Source: Mytilus galloprovincialis
Lineage: Eukaryota
Length of the DNA stretch: 64,000 nt
Assembly (NCBI RefSeq): GCF_965363235.1
Contig: NC_134847.1
Location: 64,044,144 to 64,108,143, forward strand
Direction: 5' to 3'
The notes under the pieces are model-generated. The model was not told the DNA's origin. It made no database searches and saw nothing but the letters and a program-made list of their open reading frames with translations. Positions 11,540-23,390 of the stretch are shown one piece after another (positions within the stretch are counted from its first letter, which is position 1; every line of letters starts with the position of its first letter). Both the position numbers and the translations under genes were made by a program.

Positions 11540-13291
11540 ATGGCTTCTTCTAAGTCTTTACAAAGAGGACAAATTCCAGTAGGTTGTGAACTTTGTGATG
11601 GTGGGAATAAAATCAAATTTAAATGTTTGGACTGTCAACTTTTAATGTGCAGCCGATGCAAGGATAAAGTCCATGCTAGATTTAAAAATGCAACTGAACA
11701 TAGGATTAGAGACATTAAAGAGCTGGATCTGGAAGAAGAAGTGGATACATTTAACTTTAGAGATGTTAAATGTCTAGAACATCCAGACCAGGCTTGCTGT
11801 GTATACTGTCAAACTTGTAAGAAAGTCATCTGTTTAAAATGTGTAACCAAAGTCCACAATGGACACACCTTTATTGATGAAGAAGAGCTTAATGATAAAA
11901 AGACGATAACTAAAAGTGGACAGAAGAAAACTGATGAAAGTATACATAATTTGACCAGTACATTACACAAAGTTCAGGACATAAAAGATCAGGAAGATGC
12001 TAAATTTAGAAAAATCAAGCAAGATATCTTTAGTCACAGGGATGCTTTTAAGTGTGAAGTTGATAAGCATGCTGATAATCTTGTAAAAGATCTGGAGCAG
12101 ACATGGGAATTAAATAGCCAGGAAATCGGGGCAAAGCATAGCAAGATTAAGAAAACCTTAGAAAACTTACAGAGGAAGAGTAACACTGTAAAAAGTATTA
12201 CAACTTCAAAAGATTTTGTCAAATTCTTTGATGATTTTGATAAATTTGCTGTTTCTTTGTGTGGAGCTACACCACAAGAAAACCTTGAGTTTTCATTATT
12301 GAGGAGATTCTTGCCAGACAAAATTACAATGGTAAATTTTGGATCAAAGGAAAATAGAGGAAACTTGGAAATTCAACATCCTAAAATTGAGTTTAAAATT
12401 GCTAAACAATTCACCACACAATTAAGAAATGTTCATAATATTTGCAGATGTTCTGATGGTACTCTGTGGATTTATGATGGTATTCTTGAAAAGTTGCAAC
12501 ATATAAAATTTGATAATCAAAATATTACGATTATGTCAGAGTCAAACTGTTTTTCTATTTGTGACATGGCAGCAATGAATGCATGCACAAACCTGGTTGA
12601 AGCAGCCTTAGGTGAAACAAAACTGTTTATTATCATTGAAACAAAACTGTTTATTATCAATAGTAGCACTGTATGGCTCAAACATGATGAATCCAATTAT
12701 GATGTGAGACCATATACAAATTGTACATCACAAAGTCAACCAGTATGTGTCCATATAACCAAAGATAACAGAGTTATAGTAGGTGTAGGACGAAGAGGAA
12801 CGAAGGCTGCTGTGGTAGTGATGGGCCAGGATGGTGGATGCTTGGAAAAATATGAAGAAGACAGCAACAAAGAACCATTATTTACACAGCCTAGATTAAT
12901 TACAAGCACCAACAATGGCAATATCTGTGTTGTGGATGGGATAGATTCTGATTGTAGAGTCTTGGTATTAGGAAAAGTAGGAGATATCAAACAGGTGTAC
13001 ATTGGTCAACCAAAAATCAACACTGAAGAAAAAACATTTACGCCCTCTGACCTGCTTACAACTCCTGCAGATAATATTGTAGTTACAGATATATTCATTT
13101 CTACACTACACATATTGAACTCTGAGGGGAAATTTATTGGTCATTACAATCTGCATGACATTGGAATTATATATCCATGTAGACTCACTTTGTCTACAGA
13201 AGGACATATTTATGTAGGATGCTCAAATACAAGGGACAGCCCAGAAACTTTAAAAGCCAAAATTTATGAGTTGGAATATTCTGGATTCTAG
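11540..13291 (+). CDS. RING-less TRIM-like protein: B-box1, B-box2, coiled coil, C-terminal NHL-type beta-propeller (583 aa, single exon)
   Basis: An uninterrupted 1752-nt ORF. Two B-box zinc-finger spacings are present (CELCDGGNKIKFKCLDCQLLMCSRCKDKVHARFKNATEH and CLEHPDQACCVYCQTCKKVICLKCVTKVHNGH). A K/E/Q-rich heptad region follows (residues ~120-230). The C-terminal half carries NHL-like blades (NGNICVVDGIDSDCRVLVL, ADNIVVTDIF, EGHIYVGC). The ATG context is acatcaaaaATGG and AATAAA lies 35 bp after the stop. The architecture resembles the TRIM2/3/71-like family. Confidence 0.75.
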   Translation: MASSKSLQRGQIPVGCELCDGGNKIKFKCLDCQLLMCSRCKDKVHARFKNATEHRIRDIKELDLEEEVDTFNFRDVKCLEHPDQACCVYCQTCKKVICLKCVTKVHNGHTFIDEEELNDKKTITKSGQKKTDESIHNLTSTLHKVQDIKDQEDAKFRKIKQDIFSHRDAFKCEVDKHADNLVKDLEQTWELNSQEIGAKHSKIKKTLENLQRKSNTVKSITTSKDFVKFFDDFDKFAVSLCGATPQENLEFSLLRRFLPDKITMVNFGSKENRGNLEIQHPKIEFKIAKQFTTQLRNVHNICRCSDGTLWIYDGILEKLQHIKFDNQNITIMSESNCFSICDMAAMNACTNLVEAALGETKLFIIIETKLFIINSSTVWLKHDESNYDVRPYTNCTSQSQPVCVHITKDNRVIVGVGRRGTKAAVVVMGQDGGCLEKYEEDSNKEPLFTQPRLITSTNNGNICVVDGIDSDCRVLVLGKVGDIKQVYIGQPKINTEEKTFTPSDLLTTPADNIVVTDIFISTLHILNSEGKFIGHYNLHDIGIIYPCRLTLSTEGHIYVGCSNTRDSPETLKAKIYELEYSGF

Positions 13292-13325
13292 TGATCTAAA
13301 ACTGTGTAAAACTGAATTAATTTTG

Positions 13326-13331
13326 AATAAA
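13326..13331 (+). other. Polyadenylation signal AATAAA of the TRIM-like gene
   Basis: The hexamer sits 35 nt downstream of stop codon TAG (13289-13291) and is followed by T/GT-rich sequence. Confidence 0.5.
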
Positions 13332-13714
13332 TGATTTTTGATTTTGATAATATATCTGCTTTATATAATTATAGTGTGTGAAATGACAAAAAAATAATAC
13401 TTAAAAAAACATACATGTATATATATCAACATTAATTTGGAATTGATTTGGATGTTATTTTGACTCCTCAAGAACATTACTCATTAGTTTCCTATTCTGA
13501 AAAGGGTTGATCAAATATATATCAAGAAACATTTATTAAATTTTAAAGAAAAGTGTGGACACAGACTGGTGTTGTCTGAGGTGCAAATTTTTCATAATGA
13601 CTTGTGCCAGGATTGCTTTGGCAGATGTGGAAACCAAGAACAACTTTTAGAAGAAACACTTAAAAATTAACATGACTGCACCCGATATGTTGCTTATTTG
13701 ATTTTATCATGGTC

Positions 13715-14180
13715 CGAGACCACAATTGTCGTCCCTTGATTTTCGTTGTTCACGAATATAGTCCCTATAGTGTTGACAGTGGGTTACTTGCCAATATTTT
13801 TATACCCCTTCCAAATTTATTTCTCCATGTTTTATGCCTCAAATTGGAAGTAGGGGGGGGGGGGGGGTGAAATTACACTGTAAAAAAATTTGGGTCCAGA
13901 ATTTTAAAGGAAAGTATAGTGATTTGGTCCAGCTGAAAAAGGTTAAAAATTAGTATTTTGGGAGCTTTCAAAAGATTTCAAGGTGCCCTAAACATAAAAT
14001 TGTCCATATTTTGAGTTAGAGCTGATGAAGTTTTCTATAATTTTGATATAATTTGTCCCAAAAGTAGTACAACACACTGTAAAAATTTCATTGAGAAAGC
14101 GCAGGTGGGATTTTTTTAATTTTCATTTATGTTCTAAAAGAAATGCACTACAAATTAATTGTGGTCTCAGACCTAAGAGG
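13715..14180. mobile_element. MITE with TIR GGTCYGAGACCACAATTG (~470 bp)
   Basis: ggtccgagaccacaattg at 13715 and caattgtggtctcagacc at 14163. The interior contains a G16 run. A third partial end (ggtctgagaccacaactg) is at 20444. Confidence 0.6.
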
Positions 14181-14554
14181 TGAAATCTGTAAATATAGAA
14201 TCTGTACCTTAGCAACTTCCCTAAATTATTTGATGGTGATAATTTGTCAAATAGCATGAAACTAAAGGAGTTCTATTACTTATTTATGAACTCTGAATCT
14301 ACAGAAAAGAAGGTTATCTCAGACAATATGTGCAAAATGTGTTGTATAAATGACCCTTGTCTAACGCCTGTTTGGAAGAAGTCAAAAGTGGAGAGCTTGG
14401 TACTTAAAAGTTGAAGTCCATCAAATAAACCTCACTTAATTTGTATAAAAAGCACTTTACAATGTCTATTGTACCTGTTTCATTTCACATAATATCTTTA
14501 TTTTCTTCTGTAGAATAGTAAGTGGTTCAAATATAAGCCTGTTGAGACTAAAAT

Positions 14555-14622
14555 CATGGTGGGTATGGTTGTCCTGCGAGAGAACGTTCTGTGCTGGTGA
14601 TTCGGTCCTGACTGGTGCTGGT
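14555..14622 (+). repeat. Left TIR of the Transib-like element
   Basis: See the element entry. The three mismatches against the right TIR are all consistent with CpG deamination (CG to TG or the equivalent). Confidence 0.8.
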
Positions 14623-15469
14623 GGGTCCTGATTCTGTGCTGGTGGGTTTATTTACATTGTATCAGAACGACAATAAAACAACTGTTTTGTTGCTTAATTT
14701 TTCTCTGATACGTCATAAGTACCATGCAAAGTATATTACAACAATATTTTATTGCAAAAGTCGTGCAAGTTCGTTAAATGAAATTGTCCTGACGCTGTGC
14801 TGGTGATAAGAAAAACGGTCCTGGTTCTGTGCTCCTATGTCCTGGTTCTGTGCCTTTATATTTTAGTCAAAAGTGGCAATTATTCAAGATCGTTGTTGCT
14901 TAGCTGTAATTGACTAATTAGTTGTTATCTGTGTTCTTAAAATTGACATTATTGTGAATCTGTTTACTGCAATTATGAAAAAAGAACCCATAATTTTTGA
15001 ATTGACTGTTTTCTGTTTTTCTTATTTAAAATGATTTAAACAGATGTTATCGGTTATCAACATTTTAATGTAATGAAATTATAAACAAAACAGACATACA
15101 AGACTTACAAATCCAAGAGTCGCCTGACTTGGACCGGGCGCTAAAATTCTTGGGGATTTAACATGTTTTGTACGAATCAAAAATAAACAAAGTTGAGCAA
15201 TGCAAACAATCAGACTCAGGTGAGCCTGAACACTTCTTAGATGAGTTTGGATAATGAATTCAGTGTAATTTAAACATCCTGAATATTGTTTCTCTGACAA
15301 ATTTGTATGATACTGTAGATACTTTTCTTTTTATTCAACCAAATGAAACTCAGCCTTGTTTCTGTACGTTAGAATCGTGTGTCTTCAGCAGCTACAATCA
15401 GATTTCTTTGTAAACAAGTTAGTGCTGACTAAAGGATGACTAGTCTATTATAGTTTTTTTTTAATGTTT

Positions 15470-16000
15470 TTTAATGTTTTTTTTGGGGGGGGGGAGTAAG
15501 AGGGACGTCTGAATTTGTCAGAGAATGAAGACGATATAACCTAGATAACACTAACAGAAATAAGATTTTTTAAGTTTTGCATTTTATAATCCCAAAAGAA
15601 AGTCTGTTGTCAAAGATTTTTTATAATTTTAATTAAAATTGAGTGAAAAACGAGTGAACGGAAAAAAATACCAGTCTAGAAATAAATATTGGTAATATCG
15701 CGAGGCTTTTAAGTTTTGTGTTCCAAACACACCTTCTCTGTAGTAATGACTCGTTACTGAGGTATTTCACTTCACGCATTTGTTTCATTTTTTGATACAG
15801 TGAATTCTTAGTATTATAACATTAACATGTAACCTTTGTATATATTTTTTATAAATCGAAACTAAAGCCAGATATATTAAACATTTTTTATTTATGTGTT
15901 TTCAGGACAAAACAATCAGTTCAAACACGCCTTGGAAGTAGAATGCGATAAAATGATTGCCCATTTTTACTCCCCCCCCCCCCCCCCAAAAAAAAAAAAG
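15470..16000. repeat. Inverted pair of (T)n(G)n AGTAAG / CTTACT (C)n(A)n homopolymer junction motifs ~480 bp apart, inside the Transib-like element
   Basis: 15478-15505 ttttttttgggggggggggagtaagaggg is the reverse complement of 15955-15999 ttttactcccccccccccccccccaaaaaaaaaaaa. Similar C(n)A(n) junctions occur at 30826-30855, and a G16 run at 13851-13870. Confidence 0.5.
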
Positions 16001-18472
16001 AGCTTTTGCTGGATGGGGAAGAAGGATCAGATATGCAAATCAAAATCAATATTTCATCTTTTCGTGTAAGTTTTTTTTTCTCAGTTGAATTTATACTTGT
16101 TTGCACCTACAGAAATCGGTTTTGTTAAATGTGCTTTTAATTTCAAAAACACAGTGTGTTATAGTAGTCTCAGTGTTATAGTTGTCTGAGTTATAAGGTA
16201 GTGATATATGTCGTATGCTACGGTTTAATACGAAACTAGGTTAAAATAACGTAGCTAACTATAAGGAGACTCACATTATCCGATGAATTGATATCCGATA
16301 CTGTGTTATAGTAGTCTCAGTTTATATATGTATATGAATATAATTATGAAAGATAGCATGGTCACCAGTATGTGAAGTCCCTAGCTGTCATCTGAAGTTA
16401 ATACTAAGCATAGCTCTAGAAATCGACAGATAGTCATGACATTTAAAAAAAAATCTCTCTTGTTTTCGAAGTTTTTGTAGTTTTGTTTTACCTAAACAAA
16501 TTGACACACACATAAGTATAGTATTGTTTATTTTTTTAACTTAATATATACATGGGTAACACCGGTTACTGGGATAAAAAATCCTGTCACGTGGAAATAT
16601 TTATCAGAAAAAAGGATGGAAATATGAAAATTTACGTGCGATGGGTGCAACAGCATACCGACAATTAACATGGCTCACCAGGGTTGAATCTTAAAAGTAA
16701 ATCAAACTCCATAAACATTTTATTTACAGCCTAAAATACTATTCTTTTGAATAAAGATTTTTTGAAACCAAAAAAGATTATCTCCCCTTCCTACAAACAT
16801 ATTGCAATTTCACAAATATTTTACTGAATATGAAATGTTTTTATTCACATAATGTGTGATTCTTATGAATATAGAATACTTTTCGAAAGAAAAACTATAT
16901 AAAAGCTTAGTTTGGACATTTTTATAGCAATTAAAAATAAAACAGTTCACCTTTAGTATGGTAATGGCTATAATATAACTATACAGATTGATAGACTGAT
17001 TTAGTAATACCATCAATAAAGTGGAGTTAAAGTCTTATAGGATTGTAAGTATATTTTATTTTATCACCTTGCACTTTCACATTTTGACTGAACAATTTGT
17101 TCAATATTCTGACCAGTTGAACAATTTGATTTTATAAAACAAATTGCAATTTGGTCAAAATTTTGAATGAGTTGCAATTGGTGGATAGCAACACTAACAG
17201 TCAAGTCACTGTAAATATAAAAAAAAAGATGTGCTTACGATTGCCAATGAGATAACTGTCCGCCAAGTCTTTCGCCAGAACATACTATATTTTTTTTCTT
17301 ATCCTAGTTTAACTTCCATGCAATCTCTACCCCTTCATGATCATTAACTGTGAAATACTTCTCGGTATCTTCTCAATTAAGATGTCTGATTTATACATAG
17401 TTATGAAATAACTGTTGTGAGCACAAGATTCACTGCACACTTTCAAAGTTCTGCTTTATCAAACATTAAAACATGAACTTTTTGATCGGTACGAGTGAGA
17501 TTTTTATCTAAGATAACTTGGTTTATCTACCGGTGTTAGTTGAAAATGCGGCTTTGAAATAGCTTTGAAATTCACAGTAGCTGCGAGTATGCGTTGTTCA
17601 ATAATTTGTCCCTTAATGTTATTGTTTTATGTGATAAATTTTTGTGTTGTTACACCACTGAACCAATGAATGAGGAAAGGAGGAGGGGTTGGTTTGATGG
17701 AGTTGCATGAGGTGTGTGGAACGCATATTTAACTGAATAAACCAGTCAAACCTTAATGTCAATATAAGACCCCCTCTTATAAATGTCGCTTTACTTTAAG
17801 CACCTTTTAAAACCGTTTAAGTTAACATATTATGTAAAGAATCATCAATTGAAGGGCATTTAATATCTTGAATAAAACTATTCTAATTAGATATATTTTC
17901 ATCTGATATTGGACGGAAGATGTTGCTCATTTATGTAATATGAGTTACTATTATTTGAAAACGCTTATAAAACAGCCAAATGGATGCACTAAAGTGAAAA
18001 AAGGAGTCACAGATCCGATTGAATACAATTATCAGCCAAATTTTATTGATTTTGTAACATTTGTTTCAAATATGACAAACCTTTTACCCAAAATCACCAG
18101 CACCGTATCAGGACCCACCAGCACAATGACAGGACCCACCAGCACAGTATCAGGACATAAATAAACTGAGAAAGTGCAAAATTTTCTTAAATTGCACGGG
18201 TTTTTCACAAAATAATTTTGTCTTTTGGATTTGAGTATACAAAGCAGATTTCATGAGCATTTTTGTTTTATTTTTCCAGTTCTAGATTTTCTGAAAATGT
18301 GCCCTTTTGTGCTACGCTTACTGAAACAGTTTAGAGGGTTAATTTTTTAATGGTTTGCTTATAAACCCATAAAAAACAAAATTGAAAAATCTCAACTGTT
18401 TCCTTCCATTTTTTATGAGAGAAAACGTCAAAAATCATCATTTTCGTCTTTGTTTACATTTTTTCAATGATC

Positions 18473-18540
18473 ACCAGCACCCGTCAGGACCGAATCACCA
18501 GCACAGAACATTCTCTCGCAGGACAACCATACCCACCGTG
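18473..18540 (-). repeat. Right TIR of the Transib-like element
   Basis: Reverse complement of 14555-14622. Confidence 0.8.
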
Positions 18541-21479
18541 AAAATTGCATACAAGTTTTCACTAAAAAGGCAAAAAACTTTGTATCAGACCATACTGTCT
18601 GCAAGAAAAGTTAAATGCAAGAGTCTTTTTGTGCTCAGATTTGTTGTATCATGTCACATGAGTATAGAAATGATAAAAAAGACACAATTTTTTATTTCTT
18701 GCCCATACAGAAATTGCTAACAAAAGCACATAAGTTTCACATGTGAAGCACATGAGATGCAAGTAAGAATTGTATGCAAATCAGGTTGCTCATATGTGAA
18801 GTTTGGTAGTTCATATGTGCCCACAAAAATCTAACATAATGCTCACATGTGCAATTCAAACCTCAGGTGAGCTTTTATCATCCATGTTAGTTTTATGTTA
18901 GTTTTGTACTTTGAAAAGTTTTTCCATTCTTCTAACCATTCAAAACTAACCTACATCATTGCTCATATGAGCTTTTTCAAAATGACATGCCCAGTCATGT
19001 ACTTCCTGTAAATTCAAATTCATGAAAAGCATGCAATAAATGGAGGTAGATGGATATGGAAAATGTTAAGTCCTATATTGTGCTATTTGAAGAAAGGCAT
19101 TGTTGAAATCTGATAAAACCAGTGTGGCTGTGGTTAATTATTTGTAAGTTATCATTTCTATTTCATTATTTTCATTTTTTGTGTCAGATTTTGAAATATA
19201 TTACAATTTTAAGTCCTTTATTGGAATATATATATACAGGTTGGCTTCAAAATAAGTACTACATGTATAAAGATTTTTTCCTTTTAAACTTTTTGAAATA
19301 CAGTACTTATTAATCAAAGACATTCATTGTGTACTAAACTTGCAAGTCCCTCTTTTAGTTTTATAATGTAATGTTATGTTTTTATTCATGATCATGATTA
19401 TTGTTTAAATAAAAAAAATTAAAAAAAATGATATGAAAATCATAATTAACTGACAATAATTAAAGAATAACTCTTTTAACATGATGTATCAGTTATTTTA
19501 TTTTCAACTGAATTATTTAAGATTTTCAATTAAATTAGAAAAATATTCCTTTTTTAAAGCAGCCATTTTGTTTTGGTCAACTATAATATTCACGTGTGCA
19601 ACATGTTAGCAACTGCTCATATGAGCAATCTAATAAAATGCACATGTGAAACAAAAGCTCATATGAGCAGTTGCACATGAGGTTTTTAACATGCAAATTA
19701 GGTTAGTTTCATATGTGCAATTTTTTTGCTCACAAAATGCTCACCTAATTTGCATGTTAAAAAACTCGTGTGCAATCATGTTAGTTTCTAACGTGAGCAT
19801 CTTATGTGCAACTTATGTGCAACATGTAAGAACTTTTTGGTAAGGGTATAGCCTCAATATGCATTTTTTAATGTCAATATGTGGCACGGCCTAAATTGAC
19901 CCTAAATTATTTGTAGTCTTACTTGGCCTAAGACCATTTATACTAATATGATATGTTATTTGTAACTTTTCTTTCCATTTAAAGTACATTCAATACATAT
20001 GTAAGGATTATTTATAACCAAAAAGCTTCACAAATTTTAAATTGCTGGAAAATATTACATCTTCATGTAATGCCCCCCTTCATTAAAAAACCTCAATTTT
20101 TAGGCGCAGGCTCATATAAATTTGACTTTTGAATAATTATGCTAAGTCTGACAAATCAAATGAGTACTCTATTGCATTTAGTACATGATAATTGATATAT
20201 TTAAGCACTTAAAAAGTATATTTTTGCAATATTTTAATTTTTAATGCCCCAAGTGTTGATAGTTGAAATTTTTCAATTTTAACGTCAAAATTTAACACGC
20301 AAAGTTGAGTATAGAATTTAACATACTGTCTATAATATATCTCCTATTGTTATGATACATTGTAAGCAGTGTTATAATTTATAAAGCTTTAGTCATACCA
20401 AGTTTTATTAAGATTGGTCAACTTTTTCTATCCTATTAGGTCTGAGACCACAACTGGTCATGTCTCAAGATTTAAAGGAGTGAAAAAAACCTTAAAATTA
20501 TCAAATTTTTGAATTATGAATTAATTGCAAGAAAAAAGTGTCAATACTGCAGAATATAAGGGGAAATTTTGATATTGATATATTGATATTGCAATGAATA
20601 AATATAGCATATTTTATGTTTTAAGACATATACAAATAAGTCAGATGACCAAAACTGTTTATTGATTTCTTATAGGAGTTATATTGTTCATGAAACACAT
20701 TTTTAATTAATTTAAATTTTCAAAGTTTTTTGCAAAGAGTATGATAGAGAAAAACTTATAGTGGCACTACTATTCAACAAAGTAAAAGCTGAAAAATGGG
20801 CTATCATGACCAATCGTCAACTGATCCTTTATGAGCGTTATTGCCCTTGAACCAAAAATGTTAGATTTTGCAGAACTTATGTTAGGTACTCATAAATGTC
20901 AAATATGTAAACCAAAGTAACTAGACCTACAAATAAGTTAACATGACTGAAATTGACAATTTTTTGTAAGCTCTTATATGAGTTATTGCCCTTGAAAGAC
21001 AATTTTTGCCAATATTTTTTTTAATTTTTTGCAGAAAATATGATAAATGCCCTCAGAGAGAAACATTAACATGATTAAATGGCAAAAAGTTTATCAAATT
21101 GATATCTACAAATAAGTTGATATTAAATGACAAAAACAATGTTTTTGACTTATTAATGTCACTTAGTGTATTGGTCTATTTTACATACACGATCTACATT
21201 AATGGAAGTAAATAAGGTCTATAACAGATAAGAGTACAAGCAAACCAAATATCCAAATACTAGAATCATATTTTTACCAGTTGAGTAATACCAGATCATA
21301 GGATCCTCTAAATGTTTATTTTGAAATAACTGCTTGAAAAAAATACAGTTTTTTTGTAATGTGAATTTCTCATTTATGATTGATTAATAATATTGTTATT
21401 GTTTTAATGCCACTTTTAAGCCCCACATTAAGGATATTTCGTGATGGCCAGTTTGTATTGGTTGAGGAAGGTGGATCTC

Positions 21480-23390
21480 ACTTATAAGTAATATGATAAC
21501 TATATTTGGTATATGGATTCCTTGCAACATCTTCATGTCGATCTGTCAGGGTTAAGCTGACCTTGCCCTCATATTCATGGTTCATTGGTCAATGTAAAGT
21601 TATTTTGTTTTGGTTTGTTTTTTATGCCCCACCTACGATAGTAGAGGGGCATTATGTTTTCTGGTCTTCGCCTCCGTTCGTTCATCCGTCCGTCCTTGCG
21701 TTCCTCCGTTCGCCCCACTTCATGTTATTGTCGAGCCTGCAACTTTTGTTGCAGAAAGCTCGACATAGGGATAGTGATCCGGCAGCGGCGGCGTTAGCTA
21801 ACTTCTTAAAAGCTTTATATTTTAGAAGGTGGAAGACCTGGATGCTTCATACTTTGTATATAGATGCCTTATGTTACGAAGTTTCTGTCAGTCACATGTC
21901 CAATGTCCTTGACCTCATTTTCATGGTTCAGTATCCACTTGAAAAAAAAGTTCAGATTTTTTGTAATGTTGAATTCTCTCTTATTATAAGTAATAGGATA
22001 ACTATATTGGATAAGTGCGTACCTTGCAAGGTCCTCATGTCTGTCAGACAGTTTTCACTTGACCTCAACCTAATTTCATGGATCAGTGAACAAGGTTAAG
22101 TTTTAGTGGTCAAGTCCATATTTTAGATACTATAAGCAATAGGGCTAGTATATTCGGTGTATGGAAGGACTGTAAGGTGTACAAGTCCAACTGGCAGGTG
22201 TCATCTGACCTTGACCTCATTTTCATGGTTCAGTGGTTATAGTTAAATTTTTGTGTTTTGGTCTGTTTTTCTCATACAATGTGCAATAGGTCTACTATAT
22301 TTGTTGTATGGAATGATTGTAAGGTGTACATGTCTAGCGGGCAGATGTCATGTGACCTTGACCTCATTTTCATGGTTCAGTGGTCAAAGTTAAGTTTTTG
22401 AGTTTTGGTCCTTTTATCTAATTCTATATGCCATAGGTCAACTATATTTGGTGTATGGAAATAATTTATGATCTTTATGTCAGTCGTGCAGGTTTTTTTT
22501 TACCATGACCTCATTTTCACGGTTCATTGCACAGTGTTAAGTTTTTGTGTTTTGGTCTATTTTTCTTAAACTATAAGTAAAAGGTCAACTATATATGTTG
22601 TATAGAAGCATTGTTAGCTGTACATGTCTGCCTGGCATGGTTCATCTGACCTTGACCTCATTTTCAAGGTTCATTGGTCTTTGTTTAGTTATCTTGGTTA
22701 ATGTTCTGTTTATGTGATAGTTGTAATAAATTTTAGCTTTATACTTAGGACTATCAACATAATATCAATGATTAGTATAGAAGGCGAGACATTTCAGCAT
22801 GCCCACTCTTGTGTTAAAGTTTTTGGTCAAGGTAGTCTTTGATGAAGTTGAAATCCAATCAACTTGAAACTTAGTACAAATGTTCCCTATATGGTATAAT
22901 CTTTCTAATTTTAAGGCCAAATTATATTTTTTACCAAATTTCACAGTCCATTGAACATGAAAAATGATAGTGCGAGTGGGGCATCCATGTACTTAGGACG
23001 CATTCTTGTTTAAGTACTTTATTCAATAGGTCAACTATATGTTATGTTTTGAATGATAGCAAGAGGAACGTGTCTCTCTGCCAGATATCACATGACCTTT
23101 TCCTCATTTATTTGGCTCAATGGTCCAATATTAATAGCAATAGATCAGCTATGTTTGGTTTATGGTATACTTATGAGGCGTACATGTCTGTCTGGCAGGT
23201 ATCATGTGAACTTTAGCTCATTTTCAATTTTTTGTGTTTTAGTCTGCTCTTCAATTACTATAAGCATTATAATAGTTTAGTTATATTTGGTATATGAAAT
23301 AATTGTAAGGTATTCATGTCACATCTTCCTGTATCTGTTTGACAGAATTTATATGACCTTGACCTAATGGTCATGGATCTTTAAAAACAC
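21480..23390. repeat. Satellite-like tandem array, ~150-bp units with core gaccttgacctcattttcatggttcagtgg, ~12 units
   Basis: Units recur at roughly 21530, 21890, 22040, 22190, 22340, 22500, 22650, 23080, 23210 and 23340. The array is interrupted by the two halves of a MITE (5' half 21640-21790, 3' half 22780-23000). The 197-aa ORF at 21506-22099 is a translation artefact of the repeats. Confidence 0.75.

Larger units (their letters stand above)
14555..18540. mobile_element. Non-autonomous Transib-like DNA transposon (~3.99 kb) with 68-bp TIRs and 5-bp TSD
   Basis: The left end reads catggtgggtatggttgtcctgcgagagaacgttctgtgctggtgattcggtcctgactggtgctggtg. The reverse complement of the right end reads cacggtgggtatggttgtcctgcgagagaatgttctgtgctggtgattcggtcctgacgggtgctggtg, matching at 65 of 68 positions. 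It is flanked by a perfect direct repeat AAAAT (14550-14554 and 18541-18545). Termini of the form CAYGGTG plus 5-bp TSDs are the Transib signature. Subterminal caccagcaca/caggacc repeats are present. No ORF exceeds 75 aa internally. Confidence 0.7.

Noticed and set aside
12034-13002. Two minus-strand ORFs (95 and 88 aa) inside the TRIM-like gene
   Set aside because: They are antisense to a well-supported 583-aa ORF, have a Ser/Leu-rich composition typical of antisense frames, and show no independent evidence.
18382-18720. 112-aa ORF with a His-rich N-terminus
   Set aside because: It spans the right TIR and subterminal repeats of the Transib-like element. Its mirror sequence occurs at the left TIR, so it is repeat-derived.
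21506-22099. 197-aa ORF
   Set aside because: It lies entirely within the ~150-bp satellite array and MITE fragment. It is low-complexity, has no domain resemblance and no splice or Kozak context.
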